Source: Octopus sinensis (lineage: Eukaryota). Taken from it: a stretch of 64,000 bases of DNA. The position numbers and the translations under genes are program-made. Location of the stretch: positions 68,200,001 through 68,264,000 of the forward strand of contig NC_043008.1 of assembly GCF_006345805.1 (NCBI RefSeq), written 5' to 3'. Under the pieces are notes generated by a model. That model was not told the DNA's origin and made no database searches. It was given only the letters and a program-made list of their open reading frames with translations. This document shows positions 63,721 to 64,000 of this stretch, in pieces; the first letter of the stretch is position 1; each line of letters begins with the position of its first letter.

Positions 63721-64000
63721 CATTGTGAGACAATTCAAAGTGACATTCTATAATTCAAAGTGACATTCTATAACTCAGAGTGATATTCTATCATTCTGTC
63801 ATGTTTCACATTCCGGTCACTTCACAGTTTCAGTAACAATATAAACTACTTTTAAAGTGCATGTGTGTGTATGCATGTATTTATGTATGTGTATCCATGT
63901 ATATATATGTCACTGTGTGTGAGTATATTTTCATGTGTATATGTGGGTAGAACCAAACACCAGTATCATTGAATTTACACTAACACAGGCTGATCTGAGG

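Noticed and set aside
63733-63795. 20-bp tandem repeat aattcaaagtgacattctat x2 plus a diverged third copy
   Set aside because: Ordinary local slippage duplication at the edge of a SINE.

Overview
AT-rich, microsatellite-dense eukaryotic DNA. The repeat repertoire suggests an octopod cephalopod genome (inference): tRNA-headed CORE- and Meta-domain SINEs, RTE LINEs with (ATG)n tails, Penelope/R4-Dong/CR1/hAT relics and MITEs. Nearly all ORFs in the supplied track are microsatellite or repeat artefacts. One host gene is visible on the minus strand. Coding exons 29691-29756, 3173-3277 and 2454-2541 splice in phase to MVRSSRVQKTQPKKTKADSPAP-EENVDNVNDKVLDMADKMKTDNEPVEKKMKVANDQ-ENEADKTKESKNKRATNCRYKRLGISDDE. 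There is also a probable second promoter near 17.1-17.6 kb and an alternative ACCATGG start exon at 1052-1127; the product is not identifiable here. The most notable signals are: (1) a 287-bp near-perfect palindrome (35814-36100) in which each arm encodes a complete minimal type-I hammerhead fold with a swapped G3-C8 core (GUGAACA) and a compensatory stem-II change between arms; (2) two copies of a tRNA-headed SINE with a hammerhead-containing Penelope-like tail and 5' fold-back ends; (3) an RTE LINE with a C4HC3 PHD-type finger inside its RT; (4) an RTE 3' end amplified into a six-unit ~335-bp satellite with dimeric higher-order structure. Repeat boundaries were read by eye and are approximate unless stated otherwise.
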